Shown piece by piece: positions 1 to 11,000 of a stretch of 64,000 nt of DNA. Source of the DNA: an uncultured Candidatus Altimarinota bacterium (GTDB lineage Bacteria > Patescibacteriota > Gracilibacteria > BD1-5 > UBA6164). The stretch's first letter is position 1. The number at the start of each line of letters is the position of its first letter. Made by a program: the position numbers and the translations under genes. Below the pieces are notes generated by a model. It had not been told where the DNA came from. It saw only the letters and a list, made by a program, of their open reading frames with translations, and did not search any database. The stretch spans positions 177 to 64,176 of the forward strand of contig CAXBVF010000001.1 of the NCBI GenBank assembly GCA_963979005.1. Direction: 5' to 3'.

Positions 1-756
1 TTAGTAGAAGAATATCCAGAAAGTGATACTTATAAATGATTACAAGAAAGTATAGAAAACTATGAAGCTGACTTAGCTATAGATGCTGTAGAGGCTGAAA
101 ATGAAACAATTTTTAAAAAAAGTGATGAATTAGTATCTGAGAATAAAGTTAAACAAAAATTAGAAGAAGATTTTCAAAAAACTGTAGAAGAATTAGATGT
201 TGCAACAACAACTCATGCGGAAGCACTGGAAGAATTATTAAAAGACCCTAGTAATTTGGAATTACAATCTGATGTAAAACAAGCTAAATTAGACCTTATT
301 AATGCTCAAGCAGAAAAAAATATAGCTGAAGCAGAAAAAAATTGAGAAGCTAATTATTCAGAGGAATATGATAAAAACGAAATTGAAATAGCTAAAGAGC
401 AAGCAGATGAAGCTAGAGATAATGTTTGTAAAGAATCATGAAACTGTATTGATAAAGCATCTTTTATAATTAATGTAAATGATGTATCTCCATGAATGGA
501 AGTTACTCCTGGGAATAATACAAAACAAAATGTGAATAAGGCTCTTTGAACTATTATTCAGAGTTTAATGGTTGCTCTTTGAAGTTTGGCTTTGTTGATA
601 ATGACTGTTGGTGCTGGTTATATGATTATGCATAGTGGGCGTGATGAGCTTCTTAGTAAGTGAAAAGCTATATTTATGTCATGAGTATATGCCTTGTTAG
701 TAGCTCTTAGTTCTTATTATTTAATAGCAATTATTAGATATATATTATATAAATAA
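1..756 (+). CDS. 3' part of a large coiled-coil protein ending in a TrbC/VirB2-like two-helix pilin module (5' end outside the window)
   Basis: Frame 1 is open from base 1 to TAA 754-756 with TGA=Gly (8 in-frame TGA). The N-terminal part is Glu/Lys/Ala-rich. The C-terminus NKALGTIIQSLMVALGSLALLIMTVGAGYMIMHSGRDELLSKGKAIFMSGVYALLVALSSYYLIAIIRYILYK is two hydrophobic helices split by a charged loop, the same layout as the three downstream genes. Confidence 0.6.
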
Positions 757-767
757 AATAGTAAGAT

Positions 768-1154
768 ATGTTAAAAAGAATTTGAATTATATGTATTTTA
801 TTATTATCATACATATTTGCATTTAATGCTTGAGTATTTGCTGCAGCACCTGAGGTGAATTGTATTTGATTACCTGGTTGTGTAGATTCAGATATTGCAA
901 ATCCAACTCCCGCAAATATAAATAATAATTTATGAATAAAGGTAATAGCTAATTTAATAGGGCAAGTTATTCAGTTTGTAGCATTATTTGCTGTAATAGC
1001 ATTAATAATTAGTGGTATTATGTATTTAGTTTCATGAGGTGATGAAGAAAAAGCTAAAAAAGCTAAAACATGGATCACATGGTCATTGCTTTGAGTAATT
1101 ATTTCTGTATCAGCTTGGGGAATAATAAATATGTTAAATAAAATAACAATATAA
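768..1154 (+). CDS. TrbC/VirB2-like (type IV secretion-type) pilin, paralog 1
   Basis: 128 aa with TGA=Gly. It has a signal peptide (MLKRIGIICILLLSYIFAFNAGVFA), then two transmembrane helices separated by the loop SGGDEEKAKKAK. This is the typical small CPR pilin architecture. Confidence 0.65.
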
Positions 1155-1174
1155 TATTTTTTAATAATAATAAA

Positions 1175-1561
1175 ATGTTTAAAAAAGTTTTGTTACTTTT
1201 GATAATAATGTTTTGAATAATATCTTTTAACGAGATATTTGCTTCTAATGCTGCTGATGATTGAATAAGAAGTGCATTATTAGATATTACTGATTCTGAT
1301 GTTACTACAAAAGTTAAAGATGATGATTGATTTTGAATGCTTGCATGAATTATCAATTGGGTAAAAGAATCTTTAACATGAGTATTAGTATTAATAGCAA
1401 TATGAGCATTCTTATTTATTTGAGTAAGGTTAGCTTTTGCTAGATGAAATCCTGAGGAATTTAAAAAATGAATGATGCATTTAGTTTATGCTGTTATTTG
1501 AATTTTTATCGTAAGTATAGCCTGGGCTGCTGTTAAGTTAATTTCTGGAATAGATCTTTAA
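1175..1561 (+). CDS. TrbC/VirB2-like pilin, paralog 2
   Basis: 128 aa with a signal peptide and two hydrophobic helices around the loop ARGNPEEFKKG. Same length and layout as the 768-1154 gene. Confidence 0.6.
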
Positions 1562-1572
1562 TAATTTAGAAT

Positions 1573-1980
1573 ATGAAAAAAGTATTAATTGTATTATTAT
1601 CGTTATTTGCGATATTTAGTTTTATGACACCAATTACATTTTGAGAATGTAATCCTGATTTAGATACAGATTGGACAATTTGAGAAGCTTTAGATGGTTG
1701 TTTAAATGATTCAAAATTAGTAGATTGATGAAATGTAAAAGTAGCTTGATGATTTTGAAACGTAATTAAAACATGGGTAAATAATATTTCAATTTATTTA
1801 TGAGTATTTGCTGTTTGATCAATAGTACTTTGAGCATTGATGATGACATTAAGTGGATGAGAAGAGGAAAAAATTAATAAGGCAAAAGATATAATTAAAT
1901 GGTGAATTATTTGATTCTTATGATTAATATTTGCTTCTGCAATTATAAATTTAGTAATTAGAATAATGTATTCTTTATAG
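1573..1980 (+). CDS. TrbC/VirB2-like pilin, paralog 3
   Basis: 135 aa with a signal peptide and two helices around the loop SGGEEEKINKAK. It is third in the tandem array, separated by 11-20 nt spacers. Confidence 0.6.
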
Positions 1981-2003
1981 ATTAATAGTACTTAATTAAT
2001 TTT

Positions 2004-2855
2004 ATGAAACAAATTAACTTATTTTTGATTTCTCTAGTTTTTTTTAGTTTTCTAATATTTTTTTTAGGAAACTATCTTTTTTGATTGAGTCAAAATGAAT
2101 TAAATGAGCATATAGAAGAAAAATATATTGAACCAAGTATAATAATAGATGAGGAATATTTAATAGATGATAATGATTTATCAGAGGAACAAAAGGATAA
2201 AATAAGGATAGCTTTAAAATCTGCTTATAGAATTAATTTTTATTATTTTCCAGAAAATTTTGCTAGTGATGTGTTAAGTTATGTAAATACATTGAAGATT
2301 TTTTTAAATAGTAAATACATAAGTAATAAAATAGATAACTTAAGTGTGGAATTGTATAGAGATAGAGAATCAGTTAGATGAAAAATGAAAGATTGAAAAC
2401 TTCAATTATTTTGAGTAAAAGAAATGTGATTATCCGAATATAGTGCCGTATCTATTCATGAATTTGCTCATTTTGTAGATCTATATTTTTTAGAAAAAAA
2501 AGTATTTACGGATACAAGTTATTATTTTTATAATATTTCATGGGAATCTATAAAGGTATTAAAGCCTGGTTTAGAGCAAAAAGATTTTGTTTCAGGTTAT
2601 GCTATGACTAATAAATATGAGGACTTTGCTGAGTCATTTACATATTATATACTTCATAATGATGATTTCTTAGAAAAATCAAAACAATCTGCACTATTAA
2701 GAGCTAAATATGATTTTTTTTCAAAGTATTTATTTAGAGATGAATGATTTATAAAAAGTGATTTTTCTGTTGATAATGAACTATTAACATATTACCGGGA
2801 TATTACTAAAATAGACTTTTCTTTGGAAAACTTTTTGGAGTTTTTAAAAAAGTAG
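2004..2855 (+). CDS. Membrane-anchored putative zinc metallopeptidase (HExxH)
   Basis: 283 aa with TGA=Gly. It has an N-terminal transmembrane segment, the motif SIHEFAHFVD (HEFAH), and a downstream EDFAESF that could supply the third ligand Glu. Confidence 0.55.
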
Positions 2856-3129
2856 GTATAATATATGTACCAGTAAGAGATAACTTTTTAATTCAAGCTC
2901 AATAACGAGGGGAAAATAAAAGAATTAAAAAAAGTGTTTTTTATAAAAATATAATCAATTCAAACATTATTTATTAAATAGATATTAAGCTAATTTCACT
3001 ATTAGTTAGTTCTATATTACTGTTTATTTTCAAAAAAATAGTATAATAAATGTGCTTCCTTTCTCTAAACATGAAGAAAAAGAAAGATTTTTGATTGTAT
3101 AATTTTAATTTTTAAATCATAAAAATTTA

Positions 3130-5079
3130 ATGAAAGATTTTTTAGATGAACTAGACAAAGAACTAGGGACTGATGTAAATAATTTACAAGCTCCAAAAGA
3201 GGATAAAAGAAAAGAGAATGTAGTTGAAAAAAGAAAAATAACAGTTGTAAAAAAACAAGATATCAAAAAACCAACCAAAGATAACTCTCAAAAAAGACAA
3301 TGATATAATAAAAATTCTCATAATAATGAGGTGAGAGGAAAATTTGCTTCAAAATTTCCAGAAACTAAGTTTTATTTACCATCATTAAGAGAAAAATATA
3401 CTAGGTTTATGCCTGTTGGTTGAAATAACGAAACTGGTTCAAAAAATATGTGAATGATACAATACTGAGATGATATAGTATTGATTGATTGTTGAATACA
3501 ATTTGCAGATAGTAAGTTACCATGAGTAAGTTATTTAGTACCAGATGTATCATTTTTAACAAAATACAAAGATAAGATTAAATGATTAGTATTAACTCAC
3601 TGACATTTAGACCATATAGGTACATTAAAACATGTATTACCGGCACTTGGTATGCCAACTCTATACTGAACTAAATTAACTCTATGATTAGCAAAAAAAT
3701 GACTAGAAGAAGCTTGATTAATAGCTGATACTAGATTTGTAGAAGTAGATGCTGGAAGTGATAAAAAAATAGATATTTGACCTTTTAAATTCGAATTTTT
3801 TAGAGTAAATCACTCAATTCCAGATTGTGCATGATTATATATAGAATCTCCAGGTGGAGCTAAATTTATGCATACTTGAGATTTTAAAATTGATCATACT
3901 CCTGCTATTGATGAACCTGCAGATTTAGATAGGATAGAAAATATGTGAAAAAGAGGTATTACTCTACTTTTCTCTGATTCTACATGAGCTCCTAGAAAAG
4001 GATTTTCTAAATCAGAAAAAGATGTGTGAGAAGCTCTTGATGATATAGTAAAAAATCATACAAAAGGTAGACTTATAATTGCTGCATTTTCTTCATGGAT
4101 TTCTAGAGTACAACAACTTGTTGATAGTTGTGAAAAATATGATAAAACAATATTTTTGAGCGGTAGAAGTATGATAGAGAATGTTAACATAGCAAAAGAA
4201 CTATGATACCTAAAAATAAAACAAGGAGTTGTTAAAAAAATGACTCCAAAAAATACTCAATGAGTATTACCACACAAACAAGTTATTATTACTACATGAA
4301 GTCAATGAGAACAGTTTTCTGCATTAGTTAGAATGGCTGAAGGGAAACATAATTCTGTTGAAATTGTACATGGGGATACTGTTATTTTTTCTTCAAGTGT
4401 TGTTCCATGAAATGAAAGATCAGTTGTTTGAATTATAAACAAACTTATAAAACTTTGAGCAAATGTACTTACTAAAGATGATGGAGAATTCCATACTTGA
4501 GGACATGCTTTTCAAGAAGAACAAAAAATAATGCTTCAATTATCAAATCCTAAATATTTTATGCCTGTATATGGTGATTTATATTTTAGAACAATACATA
4601 AAAATACAGCTGTATCTACATGATTTAAATCTGATAATGTACTACTTTTAGATAACTGAAATATAGTCGACTTTGCACCAAATGGTACTGTATTTAAGTC
4701 AAAAATTAAGGCTCCTATTCAAGAAATAGTTGTTGATGGACGTGGTATGTGAATTTTAAATTCTCATGTAATGCAAGCAAGAGAAAAAATGATGGATTCA
4801 TGAGTTTTGGTTGTTTCATATAGAGTAGATAAAAAAACAAAAGCTATCATGTGACATATTAGACTTGAAACTAGAGGTTTGGTGTATTTAGACGAAGTTA
4901 GATTTATTCATAGAATGATTATTAAAAAAGCCCGTGATGTCTATGAAAATACAGTAAAAGATGTTCCAGATATGGAAGAAAAAGACTTATTAAAAATTGT
5001 AAGAACAGATTTAGAAAAATTCTTACTTCATAAATTAGATAGGGAACCAATGATTATACCAATGCTTACAGAAGTATAG
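3130..5079 (+). CDS. rnj: Ribonuclease J
   Basis: 649 aa with TGA=Gly. It contains the metallo-beta-lactamase motif LTHGHLDHIG, then a beta-CASP region and a C-terminal domain (FHTGGHAFQEE, MPVYGD). The frame matches the track fragment 4879-5079. Confidence 0.9.
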
Positions 5080-5104
5080 TATTATAATAAAATATTTGAA
5101 CATA

Positions 5105-5146
5105 AAAAAGAATAGGAATTAATTAATTTTAAGAACTATTCTTTTT
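5105..5146 (+). terminator. Hairpin plus T-run after rnj
   Basis: aaaaagaatag (5105-5115) pairs with ctattcttttt (5136-5146). The loop is long. Confidence 0.45.
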
Positions 5147-5159
5147 ATTATATTAACTC

Positions 5160-5187
5160 TTGACAAATACTTTATTTAATTTATAAT
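5160..5187 (+). promoter_or_regulatory. Near-consensus sigma70-type promoter for the 5231 ORF
   Basis: TTGACA (5160-5165), 16-nt spacer, TATAAT (5182-5187). AGGAG at 5217-5221 lies 9 nt before the ATG at 5231. Confidence 0.5.
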
Positions 5188-5230
5188 AACATTGTCTTTT
5201 TTTTAAACAATCTTACAGGAGAAAAAAATA

Positions 5231-6325
5231 ATGATTAGACAATTTGCAATAGCGGTAACTCTTCTTGGCTTACTTGTAGGCTGTGGAACAGATACTGAGT
5301 TTGTTGAGAAATCTCCAGAAAGCACTAGCTTCAAAATTAAAGCTATGGCTAATAATGACTTAACTTTTACTGGAGGGGCATTAGAATTTACAACAGAACA
5401 AGGGGTTCGCCATTTCGATGCTGATACTTACCTAAGGCCGCTGACGGAAACTGAAGTGGAGGAGGGAGTTGTAAATGTATATACCCCATATGGCTACGAT
5501 TATGTAGTACTATGGGTATATGGATATGTTAATGATGGGTCATCATGGGGTGGAAGTTATACATTTTCGACTCCTCAGAAAATTCTTTATAATGAAGGTT
5601 CTGAGAATATCATAAATGTATATCCTACATATATTGATACATATGAAACATTAGCAGTAACAGATTCATATCCTGATGGTTGTACCGTCTGGACGCATGA
5701 AGATACCTTGATCAGAGGCAAAGAAAATAATGTGAAGTATTTTGCCGTATGTAATGAAGATAAAAGTGAAACTTTGAAGCGTGGTCTGAATACAGTCAAT
5801 TTGCCTGGCACTCCGTCAGAAGATGGAGAAGTCGCTTTTGATGATGTGTCGGATGAATGTGATGAGGTTGAGCTTTTACTGGGTTGGTGTTCAGATTATG
5901 TCTTTTCCGATATAAATCTATATGATGTAAATGGTCGGAAGATAGAAAAATTATCTAAAACATTTTCTTTGTTAGATAAAGGCTCGCTGATTATTGAAGA
6001 TGATTTTTTATTTTCAGATGCTGAGAGAGTTAATCTCTTGACGCTGTGTATTAATACACCTGACGAAGAAATTGATTCTATCAAGTTTCAAAGCTTAGCC
6101 GTTCCGACTGATTATGATACTGATGTGTATAGGACTGTTAATACTTTTTATGATGATTTATCTGGAAATACTTGCCCTTATCTTGATAGTGGGATATTTA
6201 TTCCAAAAAATAATCAATTAATGGTTTCGTATAGTGTAGTAGGTTCTTCAGCATTTAATAATGTTGAGGCTACAATCGTTGAGGGATTTGGTAATACTAG
6301 CGGTTTTACAATCGTTGCTGAATAA
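5231..6325 (+). CDS. Lipoprotein of unknown function, free of TGA codons and compositionally atypical
   Basis: The 364-aa ORF is intact even under the standard code. The lipobox LLVGC follows a signal peptide. All 27 Gly are GGN. In-frame GCG, CGC, CCG, CTG, ACG and TCG codons are rare in neighbouring genes. A strong SD and a consensus promoter lie upstream. Confidence 0.75.
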   Translation: MIRQFAIAVTLLGLLVGCGTDTEFVEKSPESTSFKIKAMANNDLTFTGGALEFTTEQGVRHFDADTYLRPLTETEVEEGVVNVYTPYGYDYVVLWVYGYVNDGSSWGGSYTFSTPQKILYNEGSENIINVYPTYIDTYETLAVTDSYPDGCTVWTHEDTLIRGKENNVKYFAVCNEDKSETLKRGLNTVNLPGTPSEDGEVAFDDVSDECDEVELLLGWCSDYVFSDINLYDVNGRKIEKLSKTFSLLDKGSLIIEDDFLFSDAERVNLLTLCINTPDEEIDSIKFQSLAVPTDYDTDVYRTVNTFYDDLSGNTCPYLDSGIFIPKNNQLMVSYSVVGSSAFNNVEATIVEGFGNTSGFTIVAE

Positions 6326-6342
6326 ATGAAATGAGGAATACA

Positions 6343-6376
6343 AGAGGATGCAATAAAGCATCCTCTTAATTTTTTG
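6343..6376 (+). terminator. Intrinsic terminator of the 5231 ORF
   Basis: agaggatgc, loop aataaa, gcatcctct, followed by taatttttt. Confidence 0.6.
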
Positions 6377-6458
6377 TCTAAAAAATATTATATATTGACT
6401 TTATTATAATTTTATATATAACTTAGATAATATTTTTACTATCATAATAAAACAAAAA

Positions 6459-7994
6459 ATGTCAATAAAGAGTAATTTACTTTCTGCTTGATTATGAGCA
6501 TCAATGGCTCTGTCTAATGTTTCTGCAGATACTTCGTTTTCAAATAATACAATAGATTTAATAAATAATACATGTGATTGAATATGTATTACTTTGAATA
6601 ATACTAGTGAAGAAAATAAAATATCAGAAATAATTGTACAGGATAGATTTAATTCTCCTATTTTACAATTAGTTGATGATGAAAATGGTTTAATATGAGT
6701 ATTAGCACTTACTTGATCTATAGATGCTTTTGAAACACTAGCATCAGCAGATGATTGAGATGATGATTTAAATGACGATACTGTATATATAGTTAGTACA
6801 ACCAACCTTCTTACTAATAATATAGTTATGTTAGAGGCTGGTGATGGAAATAATTATGCAATTGATGTTGTAGATTATTTTTATTGACAAGATTTTAAAC
6901 AAATTTTAGCTGCTCATCAAAGATTCTCTAATTCTACTTGATTTGGAAATAATATTTTATCTTGGGATTGAGAAAATCTTATGTTGAATATTGAAGGAAA
7001 TAATTTTAGTAAAAAAGATATAGAAACATTAAGAATAGTATCAATAGGAGATATTGACTCAAAAAATGTATCTTTACAAAATATTGATTTACAAAAAATA
7101 GTATCAAAAGGGATAAGTGCTAATATAAATTTATGAAATTTAGATAATTCATTTATAGTATCAGCTTGAAATTGATTTAATTCTTTGGATTTAGAGTTTT
7201 GAGATAGCTTATCAGAAAGAGATTGATATAATTTTGAATACGCATCAGCTAAATTTAGAAACTTATTTAATGCAAGTGATAATATGTCTCAGTTTTCATT
7301 TACTTGAAAATTCACAAGCCTAAAAAGTATAAGCATGAGTGATTCAGCTGTTGATAAAGAATATACAGGTCTTAGTTGAGAAGTTTGATATTGAATAAAA
7401 AGTGAATTATCGGAAAATTTTACTTGATGAATTTGAGCTTCACTTCAATTTGCTAGACTATTTTGAGAGTGAGATGAAGAATTTGTAGATAATCAATATT
7501 GAAATGCTGCAACTACCTTCAAACTAGAACATAAAAATTGACTTAGCTGATATGCTACTTTTTGAATAGAGTGATGACCTGACAATGTTGATTTAAATCC
7601 TTATTATTGATTAAATGAAACAGGAGATTTGGTCCAAATATCGAATGATGATTTTGATAATGAAATAGCTATTTATAATACTAGTGAATTTTGATTATCA
7701 TATAAATTTATTAATAAATCTGGATTCTCATGATCTTTAGTTATAAATACATGAAATAATGCATGGGATACTTATAATACTGTTGGATGATCAGTACAAA
7801 AATGAAAATTTTATTTAGATTTTAATGTATTGGATATAAAAGAAGATTTAAATAAAATAGCTAACACAAGAGAAATTTGATTAACAACATCATATTTTTG
7901 GAAAAATGCAAAACTAGCTATAGCCTTAAATAAGGATAAAAGCGACTATCATGAAGACTTAAATATTACCTGAAATGTATATATAAATTTTTAA
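6459..7994 (+). CDS. Hypothetical secreted or surface protein, rich in Gly, Asn and aromatic residues
   Basis: 511 aa, open only with TGA=Gly, and most of its Gly codons are TGA. It has a weak N-terminal signal-like segment. I recognise no family. Confidence 0.55.
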
Positions 7995-8066
7995 TTAAAA
8001 AAACTTTTGCATTTTTTTTTATATATATAGTATGTATATACTTTATATAAATTAAACTTAATTATC

Positions 8067-11000
8067 ATGCAAAAATTTAATATGTCTAAATGAGTTAAAT
8101 TGTTAATAACCACATTATTAATAGTAGTTTGAGTTAATAATGTTAATGCGACTTACATACAAAATCCTGATGGAATTTGATGAAATGAACTAAGATTATG
8201 GTTAGAATCTACTTCGTGAGTTACTGGTAATACAGATTGAGCTAAAATTAGTCTTTGGACTGATAAGTCATGAAATGGTTTTGATGTATCTCAAGACCAA
8301 TTTATTAGTCAACCTACATATAGTGATAATACTACTTCAAATATAAATTTTTTACCAGTTGTTTCTTTTCCTACTAGTATTTTTACATACCTAGATTTTC
8401 ATACAGGTTTTGATGTAAATTGGAACAATGATTATACATTAACTGCTGTTCTTAGAAATAATACATTTTCATGATGAACATTTGTTGAAACAATAACTTA
8501 TGATGAGGCATTAAACTTAACTAAAACTTATTATAATTGAGTTAATCAATCATATGACCCAACAGCAACTTGATCAATAAACATTGGTGATTTTACGTCA
8601 TCATGAACTTTTGCTGTATGATGATATGGTTATGAATTTGACCTAGCTGAAGTACTTGTGTATAATAAGGAATTACCAATAGAGGATATTCAAGTATTAG
8701 AATCATATTTAGCACTTAAATATTGAGTTGCTTTTGAATGAAATGAATCTCTATCTCATGATTATTATGATTCAAATAAAAATATAATTTGAGTTCTACA
8801 TAGTAATACGGGTTTATGAACTACATCTAATTATTATTCATATTGATATTATGATACTAATTGAACTTATAGATACTCTACTCGCTATTTTTCTTTTAAT
8901 ACTACATGAATTGTTAGAGATGACGCTTTATGATTAAATGTAACAAAATCAAAAAATCAAAACTATGGTTACTGACTTGTAACAATAGAGAAAACTAATG
9001 CTTTAAATAATATGGAGCATTTACTTATATCTGATACTTGGTCATCAGTGGATTGGGATTTATTTGACGCACCTGTTTGATATAGTCTAGTCTCTAGAAG
9101 ATGGTCTACTCAATGAACAAGTGATAACATAAAGCTTACTTTTGATGTGGATAATTTAGCTTTAAATATTCCAGCTCCAGTTGATGGTTCTAGTAATTAT
9201 TATTTTATATATGATGCAGATTTAGATTGATTACTAGCTGATGAGTCACCACTTCCAATGTCTAATGACTGATGAGGAAATTATAGTATATCATGATTAA
9301 GTTTATCAGATAGACAAGATTTTACTATTGCTAGTTTATGAGAGTATAATTTTGCACCTAGAGTTATAAAAATAGATGATAGTAAATATTCTGATAGAAT
9401 AGAACTTAATACTCTTACATGATCTGTTATTTGAAATTTATCTGTAGTAGATGAAAATTCTTTGGATACACATACTTATGCTTTGGTGGCTTGAACGGGT
9501 TCTGAAGATAATGCCTTTTTCTCTATTAGTTGAAATAGCTTAAGTGTAAATTTTTCTGCAGATTATGCTAATCCATTGGATGCTAACCTAAATAATGTAT
9601 ATAATATATTAGTTGAAGTTACTGATAATTGAGGTTTAACTTATCAAGATACTTTCTATATATATGTAAATCAAGGATATGCTCCTACTGACCTAACTAT
9701 TGATGGTTTTGATGCTTTACATATAGATGAAAATAATTCATTATATTCTAATATTTGAACTCTTATTGCTACAGACCCTGATACTTCAGATACTCATTAT
9801 TTCAACTTAGTAACTTGAACATGAGATGAAGATAATAATTTATTTTATGTAGATTATTGACCATGGTTAGAAACACAATTTGTAGCTGACTATGAAGTTC
9901 CTCAAGATGCTAACGGTGATAATACTTATAATATACGTGTTGAAACAACTGATGCAGAATGAAATAAATTTTCAAAAGCACTTACTATTGTTGTAGATAA
10001 TGTTAACGAAACTAATGTTGCCCCTACAAATATATTAATTAATGGTTGAAGTTCTCCAACTATTGATGAGAATGAAGTAAATTGATTTGTATTTTGAAAC
10101 TTATCAACTACAGATGCAAATACCTGAGATACACATAGTTATACATTAACATGATGAATAGGTTCTGATGATAATTGAGCAGTTACAATTTCTTGAACAT
10201 CAGTATCACTAAATACTAGTCATGATTATGAAAATCCTGCAGATGCTGGTGCTGATAATATGTATGCTTTTAGAGTAAGTACTACAGATGCATTATGATT
10301 GACTTTTGAAAAAGCTTTTATTCTTAGTGTAAATGATGTTGCTGAGAGTAGTTCTCCTTATAATTTACAATTAAATTGATGAATTAGTGTTACAATTGAT
10401 GAAAATACTCCATCTTGAACTAATATTTGAGCATTTACGAGTGATGATTTAAATGTTTGAGATGTACATACTTATTCTATAGTTGCTTGAACGTGAGATG
10501 AAGATAATGGATTATTCATTTTATCTTGAAATAATCTTCAACTTGCTTTTACTCCTGATTTTGAAATTGAGGCTGATGCCAATGTTGATAATACTTATAA
10601 TATTAGAGTTAGAGCAACTGATAGTGATTCACTAACTACAGAAGCGGCATTTACTGTTGTTATTAATGATGTTAATGAGGCTATTAATAATGCTCCAACT
10701 GATATAAAAATCAATAATTTAGATACAATAAGTATTGATGAGAATATAACTAGTTGAACTAATATTTGAACTGTTTCAGTAATTGATCCTGATATTTGAA
10801 ACACACATACTTATACTTTAGTTAATTGAATTTGAGATGAAGATAATTCTAATTTTACTTTAGTAGCTACTACTCTTTCTTTAGCAATAACTCCTGATTT
10901 TGAAAATCCTGTAGATGCTAATAATAATAATGTTCATAGAATTAGACTTAGAGTTACTGATAATTTTTGATTAAGTTTTGAAAAAACTTTCAATATAACT

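Noticed and set aside
1099-1356. Track ORFs that run antisense or out of frame to the reconstructed genes. Examples: 1099-1356(-), 5587-5811(-), 5896-6084(-), 6404-6805(-), 10595-10804(-), 11195-11470(-), 21322-21549(+), 24005-24331(-), 31644-31967(-), 34609-34926(-), 35197-35556(-), 38469-38726(+), 39393-39584(-), 39704-39946(-), 44639-44995(+), 47181-47381(+), 48665-48943(-), 52548-52790(-), 53202-53387(+), 54259-54648(+), 61246-61623(-), 62450-62647(+).
   Set aside because: Each lies inside a longer, homology-supported or clearly coding table-25 gene on the other strand or in another frame. Their products are low-complexity (Ser/Ile/Leu/Phe-rich), as expected for shadow ORFs in AT-rich DNA.
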